64,000 nt of DNA from Candidatus Acidiferrales bacterium (GCA_035308165.1 DATGHC010000021.1:769-64768), one strand, 5' to 3'; positions 11,644 through 24,298 are shown, counted from the stretch's first letter. Program-made: numbers and translations. The notes: generated by a model from the letters alone, not told the origin.

Positions 11644-14052
11644 CTACTCATATCTCAGGGCAACCAGGGGGTCAACGCGCATAGCGCGGCGTGCTGGCAA
11701 GTAGGACGCCGCGAAGGCGACAATGGTTAGCATAAAGGTGACAACAATATAGGACGCAGGATCGGTGGGCGAGACCCCAAAGAGCAGGCCGGTCAATAAG
11801 CGCCCTAAACCCAATGCTGTCAACACGCCGATGGCCGCTCCGGCCAGGGCCAGTCCCATTCCGCGGGCCAAAACCATGCGCCGGATGTCGGCTGGTGCGG
11901 CTCCCAAGGCCATGCGGATGCCGATTTCGTGTGTGCGCTGGGTGACGGTGTAGGCGACCAAACCATATAGCCCTACGGCAGCCAGTACAAGAGCCATTGC
12001 GGCGAAAAGCCCAAGCAATTGGGCGGAGAAACGCGGCTGGGCCACCGAGGCCCCGATTACGTCGTCCATGGAGCGCACGGTGGATATGGCCTCGTCCTTA
12101 TCCGCGGCGCTTACGGCTTCACGTATTGATGCGGCAAGGAGCAAAGGATTGCCCGTCGCGCGGACAACAATGTTCATGTCCGGCGGAGGGTTTTGGGCCA
12201 GAGGTACGTACATCGCTGCGCGAGGATCTTCATCCAGGGTGCCGTGTTTTACGGTGGCGACGATTCCGACGATCTCACGGGTCTTGAAGGGATCGCCATC
12301 GATCTGAAGCAGCTGGCCCATCGGATTTTTTCCACCGAAAATATTGCGCGCGAACTGTTCGTTGACGACCACAACTCCCGGGGCGTGTTCTGAGTCGTTT
12401 TGATTCAGCCACCTGCCGGAGAGCAAGGCCACGCCCAATGCTTTCTGAAGTCCTGGAGTGACCTGGCGAAAATCGGCGTCATCAAATTGATTGGGTGGAT
12501 AGATGCGACCCACGACGTGAAAAGGATTGTCGCCAAACTGTCCGCTGAGCGGAAGCTCTGAGATTGATCCAGCGGCTTCGACTCCCGGCGTGGCGCTCAG
12601 CCGTTGTTCGAGGTCGCGATAGAACGTGAGTTTTTGTTCCCGCGTACGCGATGAGTTGGCTATGTGGAGGGTCGCGGTCAAAACGTGCTCGGACCGGAAT
12701 CCGGGGTTCACGTGGATGAGCCGCCAGAAACTCTTTATCAAAAGACCGCCGCTCAAAAGCAACGCAAGAGAAAGCGCGACTTCACCGATTACAAGAGCGC
12801 TGCCCAGGTAGTTGCGACCACCGCGACCCAAACCGCGCCCACTCTCTCTGAGAGTTTCTTCCATGCGCCGGGAGGCGCGGGAGAAACGGATTGCCGGCCC
12901 GAGCCCGAAGAGGATTCCTGAAAACAGCGACACCCCCGCGGTGAACGCGAGAACACCGAGATTTACCTGGATCTCATCGACGCGGGGCAGGCTGGCGGGC
13001 GCCAAAGCCCGCAAAGCAGCGACGCCCCAAACGGCAAACAAGAAACCGAAAATTCCGCCGGTTAAAGAGAGGACCAAACTCTCCGTCAACATTTGCCGGG
13101 CAATTCTCCAGCGGCCCGCGCCGAGCGCGGTGCGGATGGCGAATTCCTTGCGACGAGCCGTTGCGCGCGCCAAAGAAAGATTGGCAACATTTGAGCAGGC
13201 GATGAGAAGCAGGAAGGTCACGGCGCCGAGCAAGAGCCAGAGCGCCGTGCGAGTGCTCCCGACTACAAACTCGCTGAGAGGCATTACACGCAGCGACCAT
13301 CCCTCATTGGTATTCGGGTTTTGAGCCGCGATCTGCGCCGCGATGTTGTCCAATTCCGAGCGGGCGGCTTCCAGGCTGAGACCCGGCTTCATTCTGGCGA
13401 TGGCCGCGAGGAAATGGGCCTGGCGGATATTCATACCGGAATTGTCCATCGGCAGCGGCTGCCAAACCTCGGCGAGGGAAAGCGAAGGGAGATCCACGGG
13501 CAAGACACCGACAATCGTCACGCGCTTGCCATCCAGATCCATACTCTGGCCAATCACGGCGGGATCGCCGCCGAAATCGCGCTGCCAAATGCCGTGGCCC
13601 AGAATGGCGACCTGTGGGTCAAATTCCTTTTCGTCGGCAGCGACGAAGCTTCTGCCCAATGCTGGAGGGATGGCCAAAGCATCAAAAAAATTCCAGGAGA
13701 CGATTTGCGTGCGGACCTGCTCCGGATTTTCGCGGCCAGTCAGGTTGGAAACCCCATCCAGATAACCGATGGCGGCAAATTGCTGGAAGTTTTTGGCACG
13801 GGCACGGTAATCTTCAAAATCGGGCGGGGAAACGGCGGCCTGGTCGCTCAACGCAAACTTACCGTTGGCATAAATCAATTGCTCTTGAGCGGGAAAAGGG
13901 AGAGGGCGCAGCAACACTGAATTTACGACGCTGAAGATGGCGGTGTTGGCGCCAATGCCGAGAGCGAGCGTCATCACGGCGAGGACGGAGAAGGTAGGCC
14001 GCCTGGCCATGGTGCGCAGAGCGTAGCGAACATCCTGGAACATTGTTCCCAT
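11644..14052 (-). CDS. ADOP-type duplicated FtsX permease, paralog P5, subtype B
   Basis: 802 aa. [41 protein letters not shown]. Shares IRTALGAGR and SLPRVDEIQVNLGVLAFTAG-type motifs with P2. C-terminus [19 protein letters not shown]. Confidence 0.93.
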   Translation of the reverse strand: MGTMFQDVRYALRTMARRPTFSVLAVMTLALGIGANTAIFSVVNSVLLRPLPFPAQEQLIYANGKFALSDQAAVSPPDFEDYRARAKNFQQFAAIGYLDGVSNLTGRENPEQVRTQIVSWNFFDALAIPPALGRSFVAADEKEFDPQVAILGHGIWQRDFGGDPAVIGQSMDLDGKRVTIVGVLPVDLPSLSLAEVWQPLPMDNSGMNIRQAHFLAAIARMKPGLSLEAARSELDNIAAQIAAQNPNTNEGWSLRVMPLSEFVVGSTRTALWLLLGAVTFLLLIACSNVANLSLARATARRKEFAIRTALGAGRWRIARQMLTESLVLSLTGGIFGFLFAVWGVAALRALAPASLPRVDEIQVNLGVLAFTAGVSLFSGILFGLGPAIRFSRASRRMEETLRESGRGLGRGGRNYLGSALVIGEVALSLALLLSGGLLIKSFWRLIHVNPGFRSEHVLTATLHIANSSRTREQKLTFYRDLEQRLSATPGVEAAGSISELPLSGQFGDNPFHVVGRIYPPNQFDDADFRQVTPGLQKALGVALLSGRWLNQNDSEHAPGVVVVNEQFARNIFGGKNPMGQLLQIDGDPFKTREIVGIVATVKHGTLDEDPRAAMYVPLAQNPPPDMNIVVRATGNPLLLAASIREAVSAADKDEAISTVRSMDDVIGASVAQPRFSAQLLGLFAAMALVLAAVGLYGLVAYTVTQRTHEIGIRMALGAAPADIRRMVLARGMGLALAGAAIGVLTALGLGRLLTGLLFGVSPTDPASYIVVTFMLTIVAFAASYLPARRAMRVDPLVALRYE

Positions 14053-14089
14053 TCATGGCCTCAACAAGAAATCCCTAGGAAATTCACGC

Positions 14090-16567
14090 TCATTCGTACC
14101 GCAGCGCAATCATAGGGTCGACGCGCATGGCGCGCAGCGCGGGGAGCCACCAGGCGATGGCCGCGACCGCCAGAAGGATGGCGGCAGTGGCCATGAAACC
14201 GAGGGCATCGAAGCTATCGATCCCATAGAGCAGGCTGCTGACCGTGCGAGTGAGAAAAATGGAAGCCACCAGACCGGCAACTGTACCGGTGAAAACCATA
14301 GCCATGCCATTGCCCATAACTATGCGAAGGATGTTTCCGCGCTGAGCGCCGAGCGCCATGCGGATACCGATCTCCTGCGTCCGCTGGCCAACGGCATAGG
14401 ACATGACGCCGTAAGTTCCGATGGCGGCAAGAAGCAGCGCCAGCAGGGCAAAAGCGGCGAGCAATTCGGCACCGAATCGAGCGCTGGTGAGGACATTGCT
14501 CATCAGGGATGGGAGCGTCCGGACTTGTCCTCCGCGGATGGTCAACCGAGGGTCTACGGCTTGAATGGCACTGAGGATTGTGGAAGCTGCGGAATCCGGA
14601 TCCCCTTTGGTGTGAACAAAGAGCACTGCACCGGGAGCAAACTGCTGCTTGAGCGAAAGGTAGCAAACCGGTTGGGGATCTTCGCCAAGGGTTAGGAATT
14701 TAACAGTGCGCACTTCGCCCACGACCTGCACATTCCAATCCGAGCCATTCGCTGCGTGGAAGAAAAGCGTTTTGCCGATGGGACTCGTGCCCGGCCACAT
14801 TTGATCCGCCAGGGCCTGATTCACGACCACGACTTTTGCGGATTGAGCATCGTCATGGTCGGTGAAATCACGGCCGGCCACCATGGCAATCCCGGCACCC
14901 GAAAAATATCCTGGAAGGACAGCCACTTCAGGAGTCAGCTTGCCGAGCGCGGGGTTGTTCTTGTCCACGCCTTCCGGAAACATGTTGGCACGAATGCTTT
15001 GATTGAACGGCCTGGTGTCAGAAACGCCGGCGGCCACGACCATGGGCAGGGATCGCACACGCTCCGCGGCGTCATGATAAAACTGCTCCGACTGCGGCTG
15101 GGTATAGTGCTGATCCCCGGGATTCAGGAAAACTAGAAGCTCGTTCTTACTTTCAAATCCGGTGTCCATTCTCTGGGCATTCCAAAGACTGTGAACGAAC
15201 AGGCCCGCACCCATCAGCGCAATTAGGGAAAATGCGATTTGCGAGGCCACCAGTATCCCGCGCAAGCCATACCAGCGGCCGCTGGTTGAGGGAGAGTCCG
15301 TGCGGTCCTTGAGAGCGGAGATCTGTTCCACGCGGGAAGTCTGCCACGCCGGTATCAAACCAAAAATCATGGTAGCGAAAACGGAGATCCCCAAGGTGTA
15401 AAGGAGCACGCGGACGTCCGTGGAAGTATCCAGCCCCTGCGGACGGCCTCCGGGTAACAGCGTCCAGATCAGGTCTTTGGTCCAGACAGCGAAGAGAGTT
15501 CCGAGTGCAGCGGAAATCAAGGCCAGGAGCATGCTCTCCGTGAGCAACTGGCGCAGGAGCCGGGCGCGAGAGGCACCCATGGAGAGCCGGATGGCCACTT
15601 CGCGGCGGCGCAGTGCCGCACGGGCAAGAAGCAGGTTGGCGACGTTGCCGCAGGCGATGAGCAACACCAATCCGACAACGAACATCATCAGCGTGCCGGC
15701 CAGAACAAACATTCCATGTTGTGCGGGGGGCACGTTGGTTTGATCGAAAGGCATCAAAGAAACATTACGACCGGAGTTCGTGTCGGGGTAGGCCTGACCG
15801 AGATGATCGCCCAGGGCTTGCACGGAACCCTGGGCCTGTTCGAGCGAGACGCCGGGCTTCAGGCGCGCCACCATAAACAACATCCGATATGCGCGGCGCG
15901 GATACCAGCTCTTAATGGGGCCGTTGACAATCTGGTCATGCATGGCCATGGGAACCCAAAGGTCCATGGTTCCGATGGCTCCAAGTTGGCGGAAATTTTC
16001 CGGTGCAATTCCCACGACCGCGAAATCCTGGTTATTCAGGCGAATGGTTTTCCCCACGATGTTGGGGTCGCCGCCAAATGTTTCGGTCCAGAGAGAGTGG
16101 CTCAGCACGACAACGGGTTTTGCGCCGGCGGTCAGGTCCTCATCGGGAAGGAACCAGCGGCCCATCGCCGGGCGTACGCCGAGAATGTCAAAGAAATCCC
16201 AATTCACGAGTTGCGTGGCGACGCCCACGGTCCGGCCATTGATATCCAACGGGTCGCCGGTGAACTGGAACATGGAAAGGCCGGTGAAGACGTCGTTCTT
16301 TTCGCGATAGTCCAAGGCATTGGGATAAGACGAAGGGAGGTAATTGGCCAGCGTTCCGCTTTTCGGTTGATTGGTGGAGTAAACGATGACCAGCCGCCCG
16401 GGATCTTTCACGGGGAAGGGCTGCAGGAAAACGGCTTTCACCAGAGTGAAGATGGTGGTGTTGGCGCCGATGCCCAGCGTCAAGGAAAGAACGGCGACGG
16501 CCGTGAACCCGGGATTTTTCAGCAGCATGCGAAAGCTGTATTTCAAATCCTGCCAAAGTTTTTCCAT
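14090..16567 (-). CDS. ADOP-type duplicated FtsX permease, paralog P6, subtype C
   Basis: The track ORF 14090-16690 overlaps the 3' end of P7. The internal ATG at 16567 gives [45 protein letters not shown], which aligns with the other N-termini. C-terminus [18 protein letters not shown]. Confidence 0.9.
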   Translation of the reverse strand: MEKLWQDLKYSFRMLLKNPGFTAVAVLSLTLGIGANTTIFTLVKAVFLQPFPVKDPGRLVIVYSTNQPKSGTLANYLPSSYPNALDYREKNDVFTGLSMFQFTGDPLDINGRTVGVATQLVNWDFFDILGVRPAMGRWFLPDEDLTAGAKPVVVLSHSLWTETFGGDPNIVGKTIRLNNQDFAVVGIAPENFRQLGAIGTMDLWVPMAMHDQIVNGPIKSWYPRRAYRMLFMVARLKPGVSLEQAQGSVQALGDHLGQAYPDTNSGRNVSLMPFDQTNVPPAQHGMFVLAGTLMMFVVGLVLLIACGNVANLLLARAALRRREVAIRLSMGASRARLLRQLLTESMLLALISAALGTLFAVWTKDLIWTLLPGGRPQGLDTSTDVRVLLYTLGISVFATMIFGLIPAWQTSRVEQISALKDRTDSPSTSGRWYGLRGILVASQIAFSLIALMGAGLFVHSLWNAQRMDTGFESKNELLVFLNPGDQHYTQPQSEQFYHDAAERVRSLPMVVAAGVSDTRPFNQSIRANMFPEGVDKNNPALGKLTPEVAVLPGYFSGAGIAMVAGRDFTDHDDAQSAKVVVVNQALADQMWPGTSPIGKTLFFHAANGSDWNVQVVGEVRTVKFLTLGEDPQPVCYLSLKQQFAPGAVLFVHTKGDPDSAASTILSAIQAVDPRLTIRGGQVRTLPSLMSNVLTSARFGAELLAAFALLALLLAAIGTYGVMSYAVGQRTQEIGIRMALGAQRGNILRIVMGNGMAMVFTGTVAGLVASIFLTRTVSSLLYGIDSFDALGFMATAAILLAVAAIAWWLPALRAMRVDPMIALRYE

Positions 16568-16626
16568 GGATTTGCCCTGACCTTCCTTTCCATCCGACTC
16601 AGGGGCCCATTGCAAAAAGCGGGAAA

Positions 16627-19089
16627 TTACTCGTAACGCAAAGCGATAATCGGGTCCACGCGCATGGCGCGTCGCGCGGGCAACCAGCAAGCGGCCAGGG
16701 CGACGATCACCAGTATCGCGGAGGTTGCCAGGAAACTCGGAAAATCAATGGCGCCGATGCCGAACAGCAGGCTCTTCATGCTGATGGTGAGCACAGTCGA
16801 AAGTGCGAGACCGGCGGCGATGCCCACAAGAACCATAGTCATGCCGTTGCCCAGAATGAGCCGCAGAACGTCGCCCCGCTGCGCACCCATGGCCAGGCGG
16901 ATGCCAATCTCCTGCGTGCGCTGGTTCACGGAGTAAGACATGACGCCGTAAGTGCCGATGGCGGCGAGGAGCAGCGCCAGCAAACCAAAGGTACCCAGAA
17001 GTTCCGCACCGACGCGCGGCGCCACCAGAGATAAATCGAGCAATTCGGCGACGGTCCTGACATTGCGGATCTTGAGCGAGGGATCGAGAGAATCTACCGT
17101 GGAGCGGATGCTAGTCAGCGCCGCGTGTGGATCGCCGTTGGTGCGGACATAAAAGACAGCATTGGGGCTGTAGTGCTGTTTGAGCGGAAAATAAACGATG
17201 GCTTGCGGAGGCTCACCGAGTGTCAGGTACTTGACGGTCTTGACCACGCCGACGACTTCGACGTCCCAGGTTTGCAGGGCAAAATGCAGGTGCTTGCCAA
17301 GGGGATTCTGGCCAGCCCAGGTGCGGTCCACAAAAGCCTGATTGACGATGGCGACCATGTGGGATTGGGCATCGTCGTGGTAGTCGAAATCGCGCCCACT
17401 CAGCTGAGAAATTCCTGTCGCGCTGAAAAAACCGGGGGAGACTGAAATTGTTGGAGTCAATTTGCCATTGGTAAGATCATTCTGGTCAACGCCCTCAGGA
17501 AACGTAGTGCGCTGGAAGCTGCCGGCGAACGGCGCATTGTCGGAAACGGCCGCGCCGGCGACCATGGGGAGCGCGGATACGCGGTCAATGGCGTCGCGGT
17601 AATACTGCTCCGCCCGGCCCTGGGGATACTGCTGCGAGCCTGGATTGAGGCCCATGATGATCACGTTCTTGGTGTTGAAACCAGGATCCATCTGCTGCGC
17701 GTTCTTCAAACTGTGGATGAACAATCCCGCGCCGACCAAGGCGATCAGAGAAAGTGAAACTTGCGCCATCACCAGGATCCCGCGGAGGCTGTACCAGTGC
17801 GTCGCTCCGCCGGGTACATCGGTGCGGTCGCGGAGAGCGTTCATCTGGCTGGGATTTGAGGCTTGCAGGGCGGGAGCCAAGCCAAATAAGACGGAAGCGA
17901 AGATAGCGACACCGAAGGCAAAGAAGAGCACACGAAGGTCGATCGAGGTATCCAGATTACCAAGGGCCCCTGCCGGGACCAGGCCGATGACCAGATTCTT
18001 CGCCCATTCCGCCGTGAGAACTCCCAATCCACCCGAGACGAGACCCAGAAGGACGCTTTCGGTAAGCAACTGGCGGACGAGGCGGAGGCGAGAGGCCCCC
18101 AATGACAATCGAACGGCCATTTCGCGGCGGCGCTGGGTGGCGCGGGTGAGCATCAAATTGGCCACGTTGGCGCATGCAATCAATAAGACCAATCCCACGA
18201 CGACCATCATCAACAGGCCGGCCAGGGCGAAAACGCCGCGCTGATTGGGAGGAATGTTGGTTTCACTGATGGGGACCAGGTCGTTGTTCCGTCCGGTGTT
18301 GTCTTTCGGATAGATTTTCGCGAGCTGGTCGCCGAGCGAATGCATGGAAGTTTGCGCCGTGGTCAAAGACACATTGGGCTTCAGCCTGGCCACGGCGAAT
18401 GCAATTCTTGCCCCGCGTTCGTTGAACCAATCCTTCACTACTCCAGTGAGGATCTGGTCATGCATCATCATGGGAACCCAAAAATCAGGGCTTCCCAGAA
18501 CACCGACATCATGGAATTCGGGAGGAGCGATACCGATGACCGAGTATTGCTGGTGGTTGAGCAGAATGTTCTGTCCGATAATCTTTGGATCCTTGCCGAG
18601 ATCTGTATTCCATTTGGCGTAACTGACAATGACGACGGGGTGCGCGCCGGGGGTTTGGTCTTCATCGGCGGCAAATGTGCGCCCTTGTGTGATTTTCACT
18701 CCGAGCACATCAAACAGATTGTAATTCACCAGTTCGACGAAGGCGGGAGAGTCCTTGCCGGAGATGGTCAGAGTGGTTCCCGTGGGAATGACCACGGCCA
18801 TTCCGGAAAAGACATCGTTCATGTCGCGATAGTCGCGGCCATTTAGATAGGTTAAGGGAAGGAACTGCTGCAAAGCACTGCCGCGGCTCTGCTGCGTTGA
18901 GTAGACGGAGACGACACGGCTGGGATCTTCCACCGGGACAGATTGCAGGAAGATGGCCTTAACCAGAGTGAAGATGGTGGTGTTGGCGCCGATGCCCAGA
19001 GTGAGCGAAAGAACGGCAACCGCGGTGAAACCCGGCTTCTTGGCGAGGGTTCGCACGGCATAGCGGATGTCTTGCCCAAGTGTGCCCAT
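16627..19089 (-). CDS. ADOP-type duplicated FtsX permease, paralog P7, subtype C
   Basis: The track ORF starts at GTG 19092. The adjacent ATG at 19089 follows AAGGGGG and gives [46 protein letters not shown]7 is the closest relative of P6, about three quarters identical in the N-terminal 60 aa by eye. Confidence 0.93.
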   Translation of the reverse strand: MGTLGQDIRYAVRTLAKKPGFTAVAVLSLTLGIGANTTIFTLVKAIFLQSVPVEDPSRVVSVYSTQQSRGSALQQFLPLTYLNGRDYRDMNDVFSGMAVVIPTGTTLTISGKDSPAFVELVNYNLFDVLGVKITQGRTFAADEDQTPGAHPVVIVSYAKWNTDLGKDPKIIGQNILLNHQQYSVIGIAPPEFHDVGVLGSPDFWVPMMMHDQILTGVVKDWFNERGARIAFAVARLKPNVSLTTAQTSMHSLGDQLAKIYPKDNTGRNNDLVPISETNIPPNQRGVFALAGLLMMVVVGLVLLIACANVANLMLTRATQRRREMAVRLSLGASRLRLVRQLLTESVLLGLVSGGLGVLTAEWAKNLVIGLVPAGALGNLDTSIDLRVLFFAFGVAIFASVLFGLAPALQASNPSQMNALRDRTDVPGGATHWYSLRGILVMAQVSLSLIALVGAGLFIHSLKNAQQMDPGFNTKNVIIMGLNPGSQQYPQGRAEQYYRDAIDRVSALPMVAGAAVSDNAPFAGSFQRTTFPEGVDQNDLTNGKLTPTISVSPGFFSATGISQLSGRDFDYHDDAQSHMVAIVNQAFVDRTWAGQNPLGKHLHFALQTWDVEVVGVVKTVKYLTLGEPPQAIVYFPLKQHYSPNAVFYVRTNGDPHAALTSIRSTVDSLDPSLKIRNVRTVAELLDLSLVAPRVGAELLGTFGLLALLLAAIGTYGVMSYSVNQRTQEIGIRLAMGAQRGDVLRLILGNGMTMVLVGIAAGLALSTVLTISMKSLLFGIGAIDFPSFLATSAILVIVALAACWLPARRAMRVDPIIALRYE

Positions 19090-19188
19090 CACACCCCCTT
19101 ATGGACTTGGCTTGCCGGCGCCCAAGGCTGAACGGGAGGCAAGGCCTTGAAGTTTTTGACGGCGCGGCCAGCCATCGGTCAACATCAC

Positions 19189-20484
19189 TTACTTGCTTTG
19201 TATCTGGATACGGGGCGAGAACTGGATCCTTTCCGCAGCGTCGAAGTTGGCCATATCGGAAAGGATTACGGCATCGCCTTCCTTCAAACCATCAAGCACT
19301 TCGATGGTGTTGACAGACCCGCGGCCCAGTTTCACCTGGACACGCACACCCTCGGTGCCGTCATTGAAAACCTTGAATAGGCCTACGGTGCTATTGGGTT
19401 CGCCGTGCACGGGCCGGGAGACGTACAACACGTTGGTCATATTCTGGATTTCGATGGTGCCGTCGACGCTTTGGTCGGGGCGCGCGCCGGCGGGAAGAGG
19501 CTCATCAAAACTGATGTCCACTGCGACGGTTCCGTTGATGGCCGCGGCGTCTTCACGGGTAACGTGGCCTTTGACGAGTCCGTTGCGAGTGTCGACGATG
19601 GCCTTCTGCAACATTTGAACATCCTTGGCCTGTGTTTCAGGAACCTGTACGGTGGCTTTCAGCTTGAGTGGGCTTGCTACGCGCGCGAGATTGGTGCCGA
19701 GAGTGACTTGCTGGCCCTCGGCAACGTCGGTGCCTACGGCGGTGCAGACGCATTGGACAACGCCGGCAATTCCGGCACGCACGTGCAGGGCTTCGAGTTG
19801 CTTCTGCTTCAATGCATAAAGGCCTTTCGCGGAATCCACCTGAGCTTTGGAGGCATCGAGCTGGGCCTTGGCGGAATCTCCGGCAATGGCAAGACCGTCC
19901 TGAGCGAACTTGACCTGGACTTCGTAGTGGTCCATCAGAACTTTATCGAGATCGGCATTGGACTTTGGGCCCACTCCAGCCTCGAACTTTGCTGTGTCGA
20001 GCTTATAGTTCATCACGGCCTGCTGATACTGACTATCCACAGCGGCGGCAGCGCTCTTCTGAGTCATGAGATTGCTCTGAACCTGCACAGTCAAGCTGTC
20101 ATAGTTTGCTTGCGCTTGTTTGTAAGCAAATTCTGCGGTCAGGGCATCGTTCTGGAGTTGTGTGTCGCTGAGTTCGATGATGATACTGTCGGGCTTTACG
20201 ATGGCGCCGGAGCGGAGCAGAATTTTTTCGACTTTGGCGCTCGATTGCGCGGGAATCCAGCGAATGTCTTCGGGAACCAGAGTACCCAGCCCGCGGACTT
20301 CGATATCCATGTTGCCGCGAGTGACCACGCCGGCATAGGCGATGGAACCATCCATGGTGGGTGCCGCGGGGCGCAAACGGGACAAGCCCAGCGTTACGCC
20401 GCCGAGAACTATGATGACTAAGACTCCATAGAGAATCCGGCGAATGCGCCGCTTACGAGATTGATCGGGCCTGGCTATGTCCAT
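19189..20484 (-). CDS. HlyD/MacA-type periplasmic adaptor (membrane fusion protein)
   Basis: 431 aa. N-terminal anchor ILYGVLVIIVLGGVTLGL, a long Ala/Gln-rich coiled-coil segment, and a beta-rich C-terminal half. It is the first gene of the permease array. Confidence 0.85.
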   Translation of the reverse strand: MDIARPDQSRKRRIRRILYGVLVIIVLGGVTLGLSRLRPAAPTMDGSIAYAGVVTRGNMDIEVRGLGTLVPEDIRWIPAQSSAKVEKILLRSGAIVKPDSIIIELSDTQLQNDALTAEFAYKQAQANYDSLTVQVQSNLMTQKSAAAAVDSQYQQAVMNYKLDTAKFEAGVGPKSNADLDKVLMDHYEVQVKFAQDGLAIAGDSAKAQLDASKAQVDSAKGLYALKQKQLEALHVRAGIAGVVQCVCTAVGTDVAEGQQVTLGTNLARVASPLKLKATVQVPETQAKDVQMLQKAIVDTRNGLVKGHVTREDAAAINGTVAVDISFDEPLPAGARPDQSVDGTIEIQNMTNVLYVSRPVHGEPNSTVGLFKVFNDGTEGVRVQVKLGRGSVNTIEVLDGLKEGDAVILSDMANFDAAERIQFSPRIQIQSK

Positions 20485-20768
20485 TGGGAATATCCTTTAA
20501 CAAATGTGATTTCTGTCCCCATAGAGCGCAAGTGTCGGGCCTTCCGAGGGGAATCTAACGTGCTGAATATACTACGGTTAGAGGCGGTGCGCACCCGATT
20601 TGTGGGGTGCGCTGGCCGCTTGTGGGAATGCCCGTCGCAAAACCGGACACACCCAAAATGGCCGAGATGGACGCCGAAAATGGACGTGCGACAAATTGAC
20701 TTCGATTGGAGCGGCGAATAGCATGGACAATTCAGCAGAGCGGGTGGAAATGGTCCGTGCGGGCTTCG

Positions 20769-21590
20769 ATGGGGGCGGGAGTGCAGTCCGAAAAAGAAGC
20801 GGGAGCGGGGTCGGTGCTGGACCGGATTGTGGAGGCGCGGCGGGCGTCAATTGCGCACCGTAAGCGCGTGTTGCCCGAGGCGGTGCTGCGCATGGCGGTG
20901 AAAAAAGCGCTGCCGGTGCGTGATTTTGGCGCGGCGATTTCGCGGCCGGGCATAAATATTATCGCGGAATTGAAGAAAGCGTCGCCGTCGCGGGGCGTGC
21001 TGCGGGAGGACTTCCGTCCCGTGGAGCTTGCGGCGTCGTTTGAAGAAGCTGGGGCCGCGGCGTTAAGTGTTTTGACGGAGGAGGAATTTTTTCAGGGCTC
21101 GGCCAAGGATCTGCGCGAGGTGCGCAAGGCGGCTGGAATTCCGGTATTGAGAAAAGATTTCATTGTAGATGTCTGGCAGGTGTGGGAAACCAGGGCGCTG
21201 GATGCGGACACGTTTTTGCTGATTGTGGCGGCGCTCACGGATGAGGCGCTGGCGGAGTTGCTCGAGCTTGGGAAGGAGTTGGGGATGGAGCCGCTGGTGG
21301 AAGTGCACTCACGCACGGAATTGGATCGGGCGCGCTCGATAGGAGCCCGGATTATTGGCGTGAACAACCGCGACCTGCGCACGCTGGAAATTCGGATGGA
21401 GAATTCATTCGATCTGGTGGAATTGATGCCGGAGGAATCCATTGCGGTATGCGAATCCGGCATTCGCGATGCGGGGCAAATCGAGCGGCTGCGCATAGCA
21501 GGATTTGATGCGTTTCTAATTGGGGAGCATCTGATGTCGCAAGCGGACCCGGCGGATGAGTTGGCGACACTGCTGGCCTCAGGGGAATGA
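20769..21590 (+). CDS. trpC: indole-3-glycerol phosphate synthase
   Basis: Motifs IIAELKKASPSRG, LRKDFI, LVEVH, IGVNNRDL. The track ORF begins at TTG 20706. ATG 20769 or GTG near 20814 are the more plausible starts. Confidence 0.9.
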   Translation: MGAGVQSEKEAGAGSVLDRIVEARRASIAHRKRVLPEAVLRMAVKKALPVRDFGAAISRPGINIIAELKKASPSRGVLREDFRPVELAASFEEAGAAALSVLTEEEFFQGSAKDLREVRKAAGIPVLRKDFIVDVWQVWETRALDADTFLLIVAALTDEALAELLELGKELGMEPLVEVHSRTELDRARSIGARIIGVNNRDLRTLEIRMENSFDLVELMPEESIAVCESGIRDAGQIERLRIAGFDAFLIGEHLMSQADPADELATLLASGE

Positions 21591-21597
21591 AAATCAG

Positions 21598-22221
21598 ATG
21601 GTGCGGGTGAAAATTTGCGGCATCACGAGCTGGGCGGACGCGAAAATGTGCGTGGATGCGGGCGCTTACGCACTGGGATTTAATTTTTTTCCGCCCAGCC
21701 CGAGGTCGGTGACGCCGTCGGAAGCGTGGGAGATGATTCGGAAATTGCCCCCGTATGTCGCAGCGATAGGAGTCTTTGTGGATTGGGAGCCGGCGGCAGT
21801 TTCGGCGCTGGCGCGCTCGCTGCATTTGAGCGGAGTGCAACTCCACGGCAACGAGCCGCCGAGCGCGGTCGCGGCGCTGGCGGCGCAAGGGCCGGTGGTG
21901 AAGGCGATGGCAGTGAAGCGCGGATTTAAGCTGGAAGCGCTAAAGCGATATCGCGGCGCGAGCGCCATGCTGTTGGAAGGGTTTCGCCGCGGATTTCATG
22001 GCGGAGCGAGCGCCAAATTGGATTGGGGTGTGGCGCGCCAGGCCACGAAATATGCGCGGATCGTGCTGGCTGGAGGATTGACTCCCGAAAATGTTGTCGA
22101 GGCGATTGAAACCGCGCGGCCCTATGCGGTGGACGTGGCCACCGGACTGGAAGTGAAGCTGGCGAAGAAGGACGAGGGCCTCGTGCGCGCGTTCATGAGC
22201 GCGGTGGAATCAGTGAGATGA
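21598..22221 (+). CDS. trpF: phosphoribosylanthranilate isomerase
   Basis: [31 protein letters not shown]. The ATG at 21598 lies 8 nt after the trpC stop. The 3' end overlaps trpB as ATGA. Confidence 0.9.
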   Translation: MVRVKICGITSWADAKMCVDAGAYALGFNFFPPSPRSVTPSEAWEMIRKLPPYVAAIGVFVDWEPAAVSALARSLHLSGVQLHGNEPPSAVAALAAQGPVVKAMAVKRGFKLEALKRYRGASAMLLEGFRRGFHGGASAKLDWGVARQATKYARIVLAGGLTPENVVEAIETARPYAVDVATGLEVKLAKKDEGLVRAFMSAVESVR

Positions 22222-23432
22222 GCGCAGCTACGCAAACCTGGCCGGACGCAAAGGGCCGCTATGGGCCCTACGGGGGAAGCTATGTCCCCGAGACGCTGAT
22301 GGCGCCGGTGGAAGAATTATCCAAGGCGTATGAAACTGCACGGCGCGACCCCAAATTTGTCGCCGAGCTGGAGGATCTGCTGCGAAATTTTGCGGGGCGC
22401 CCGACTCCGTTGCAGTTTGCATCGCGGCTTACCGAACATTTGGGCGGCCCGCGCATATACCTGAAGCGCGAAGATCTGCTGCACACCGGAGCGCACAAAA
22501 TAAATAATTGCATCGGGCAAGGATTGCTGACGGCGCGCATGGGGAAGAAACGGATCGTCGCGGAAACCGGGGCGGGACAGCACGGTGTGGCGACGGCCAC
22601 GGTTGCGGCGCGGATGGGGCTCGAGTGCGTGGTTTATATGGGCACCGAGGACATGGAGCGCCAGCGACTGAACGTTTCGCGGATGAGGATGCTTAACGCG
22701 CAAGTGGTCGGCGTGGATTCGGGGAGCCGGACGCTGAAGGACGCAATCAATGAGGCCATGCGCGATTGGGTCACGAATGTTCGCACGACACATTATTTGC
22801 TGGGGTCGGTGCTGGGGCCGCATCCTTATCCGCAGATGGTGAGGGATTTCCATTCGGTGATCGGCCGGGAAGCGCAGGAACAGATTCTGGCCGCAGAAAA
22901 ACGCCTCCCGGACGCGCTCTTTGCATGCGTGGGCGGCGGATCAAATTCGATTGGACTGTTCAGCGCCTTCCTTCCCGAGGCCTCGGTGAAAATGATTGGA
23001 GTGGAAGCCGGCGGCTGCGGGCACGGCTTGGGCGAACATGCGGCGCGATTGTCGGCAGCGGAAGGATTTGCAGGAGCGAAGCCCGGCGTGCTGCACGGAA
23101 CTTATACGTACGTTTTGCAGAACGCCGACGGGCAAATTTCTCAAACCCATTCCATTTCGGCCGGGCTCGATTATCCGGCAGTGGGCCCGGAACATGCGTG
23201 GCTCGCGGAGCAGGGCCGCGCGGAATATACGGCGGTCAGTGATGATGCGGCTCTGGATGCGGCACGCACGCTGGCGCAACTTGAGGGCATCATCCCGGCG
23301 CTGGAAAGCGCGCACGCGATTGCGGAGTTGATCGCGCGCGCGCCAAAGATGAAGCGCGACTCTCTGGTGATCGTCAACATTTCCGGGCGCGGCGACAAAG
23401 ACATGGAAACCTACGCCAAACATTCCCAGTAG
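22218..23432 (+). CDS. trpB: tryptophan synthase beta chain
   Basis: 404 aa. PLP-lysine motif HTGAHKINN, and GGGSNSIG. Confidence 0.97.
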   Translation: MSAATQTWPDAKGRYGPYGGSYVPETLMAPVEELSKAYETARRDPKFVAELEDLLRNFAGRPTPLQFASRLTEHLGGPRIYLKREDLLHTGAHKINNCIGQGLLTARMGKKRIVAETGAGQHGVATATVAARMGLECVVYMGTEDMERQRLNVSRMRMLNAQVVGVDSGSRTLKDAINEAMRDWVTNVRTTHYLLGSVLGPHPYPQMVRDFHSVIGREAQEQILAAEKRLPDALFACVGGGSNSIGLFSAFLPEASVKMIGVEAGGCGHGLGEHAARLSAAEGFAGAKPGVLHGTYTYVLQNADGQISQTHSISAGLDYPAVGPEHAWLAEQGRAEYTAVSDDAALDAARTLAQLEGIIPALESAHAIAELIARAPKMKRDSLVIVNISGRGDKDMETYAKHSQ

Positions 23433-23437
23433 CCGCG

Positions 23438-24283
23438 ATGACGGAAACCCTCCCATCCCCGACACGAATTTCGCGGCGATTTGCGGAGCTTGCGCGCGCG
23501 GGAGAGATGGGCCTGGTGGCCTACATCACCGCGGGGGATCCATCGCTGGAGGCGACGCGGCAAATCGTGATCGCGGCGGCGCAGGCTGGAGCGGATGTGA
23601 TCGAATTGGGCGTGCCGTTCAGCGATCCCCTGGCCGATGGGCCCACGATTCAGCGCGCCAGCGAACGCGCATTGCGTGCGGGAACAACGCTTGGGGGTGT
23701 GCTCGATCTGGTTGCCGCGATCCGGCGGGAGAGCCAAGTGCCGCTGGTGCTGTTCAGCTATTTCAATCCGGTGCTGCAGATGGGACTCACCGCATTTGCG
23801 GATCGCGCGGCGGCCGCGGGCGCGGATGGGGCGCTGATTACGGATCTTTCTCCAGAAGAGGCGGGAGACTATCGCGCGGCGATGCAGGCGCGAGGGCTGG
23901 ATACCATTTTTCTGGGCGCACCGACGACCAGCGAAGAGCGATTTGCGCGGATTGCACGCGCGTCCACGGGATTTCTTTATCTGATTTCGCGCACGGGGGT
24001 GACCGGGGCCCGCGACAGCATGCCTGAAGATTTGCCTGCATTGGTCCGTCGCGCGCGCATGGCCTCCCGATTGCCGCTAGCTGTGGGATTCGGCATTTCG
24101 CTTCCGGGGCACGTTTCGATTCTGGGCGGAATGGCCGACGCGGCAGTGGTCGGCTCGGCCCTGATGGAAGAGATTGAGCGCGCGCCGAATCCCGCCGCCG
24201 CGGCGTCGGCTGTTGCGGCGCGAATTCGCACGCTCAAATCCGCCGCGGGGCATGGCATGAGCAAGCGGGAAGCGCGAGGCTGA
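23438..24283 (+). CDS. trpA: tryptophan synthase alpha chain
   Basis: 281 aa. ELGVPFSDPLADGPTIQ motif. Confidence 0.95.
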   Translation: MTETLPSPTRISRRFAELARAGEMGLVAYITAGDPSLEATRQIVIAAAQAGADVIELGVPFSDPLADGPTIQRASERALRAGTTLGGVLDLVAAIRRESQVPLVLFSYFNPVLQMGLTAFADRAAAAGADGALITDLSPEEAGDYRAAMQARGLDTIFLGAPTTSEERFARIARASTGFLYLISRTGVTGARDSMPEDLPALVRRARMASRLPLAVGFGISLPGHVSILGGMADAAVVGSALMEEIERAPNPAAAASAVAARIRTLKSAAGHGMSKREARG

Positions 24284-24298
24284 GCGCCGGGTGGTGTT

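Noticed and set aside
19405-20421. 338-aa plus-strand ORF opposite the adaptor gene.
   Set aside because: It is antisense to a gene with clear HlyD/MacA architecture and has low-complexity Gly/Leu/Asp composition.
20461-20768. Possible trp attenuator. There are Trp-containing mini-ORFs (...KWPRWTPKMDVRQIDFDWSGE stop at 20721, and GWKWS in the TTG-extended trpC frame) and an 8-bp GC hairpin at 20589-20612 upstream of trpC.
   Set aside because: There is no short ORF with tandem Trp codons and its own start and stop. There is no U-tract after the hairpin and no alternative pairing that I can see. The operon also lacks trpE, where attenuation normally acts.
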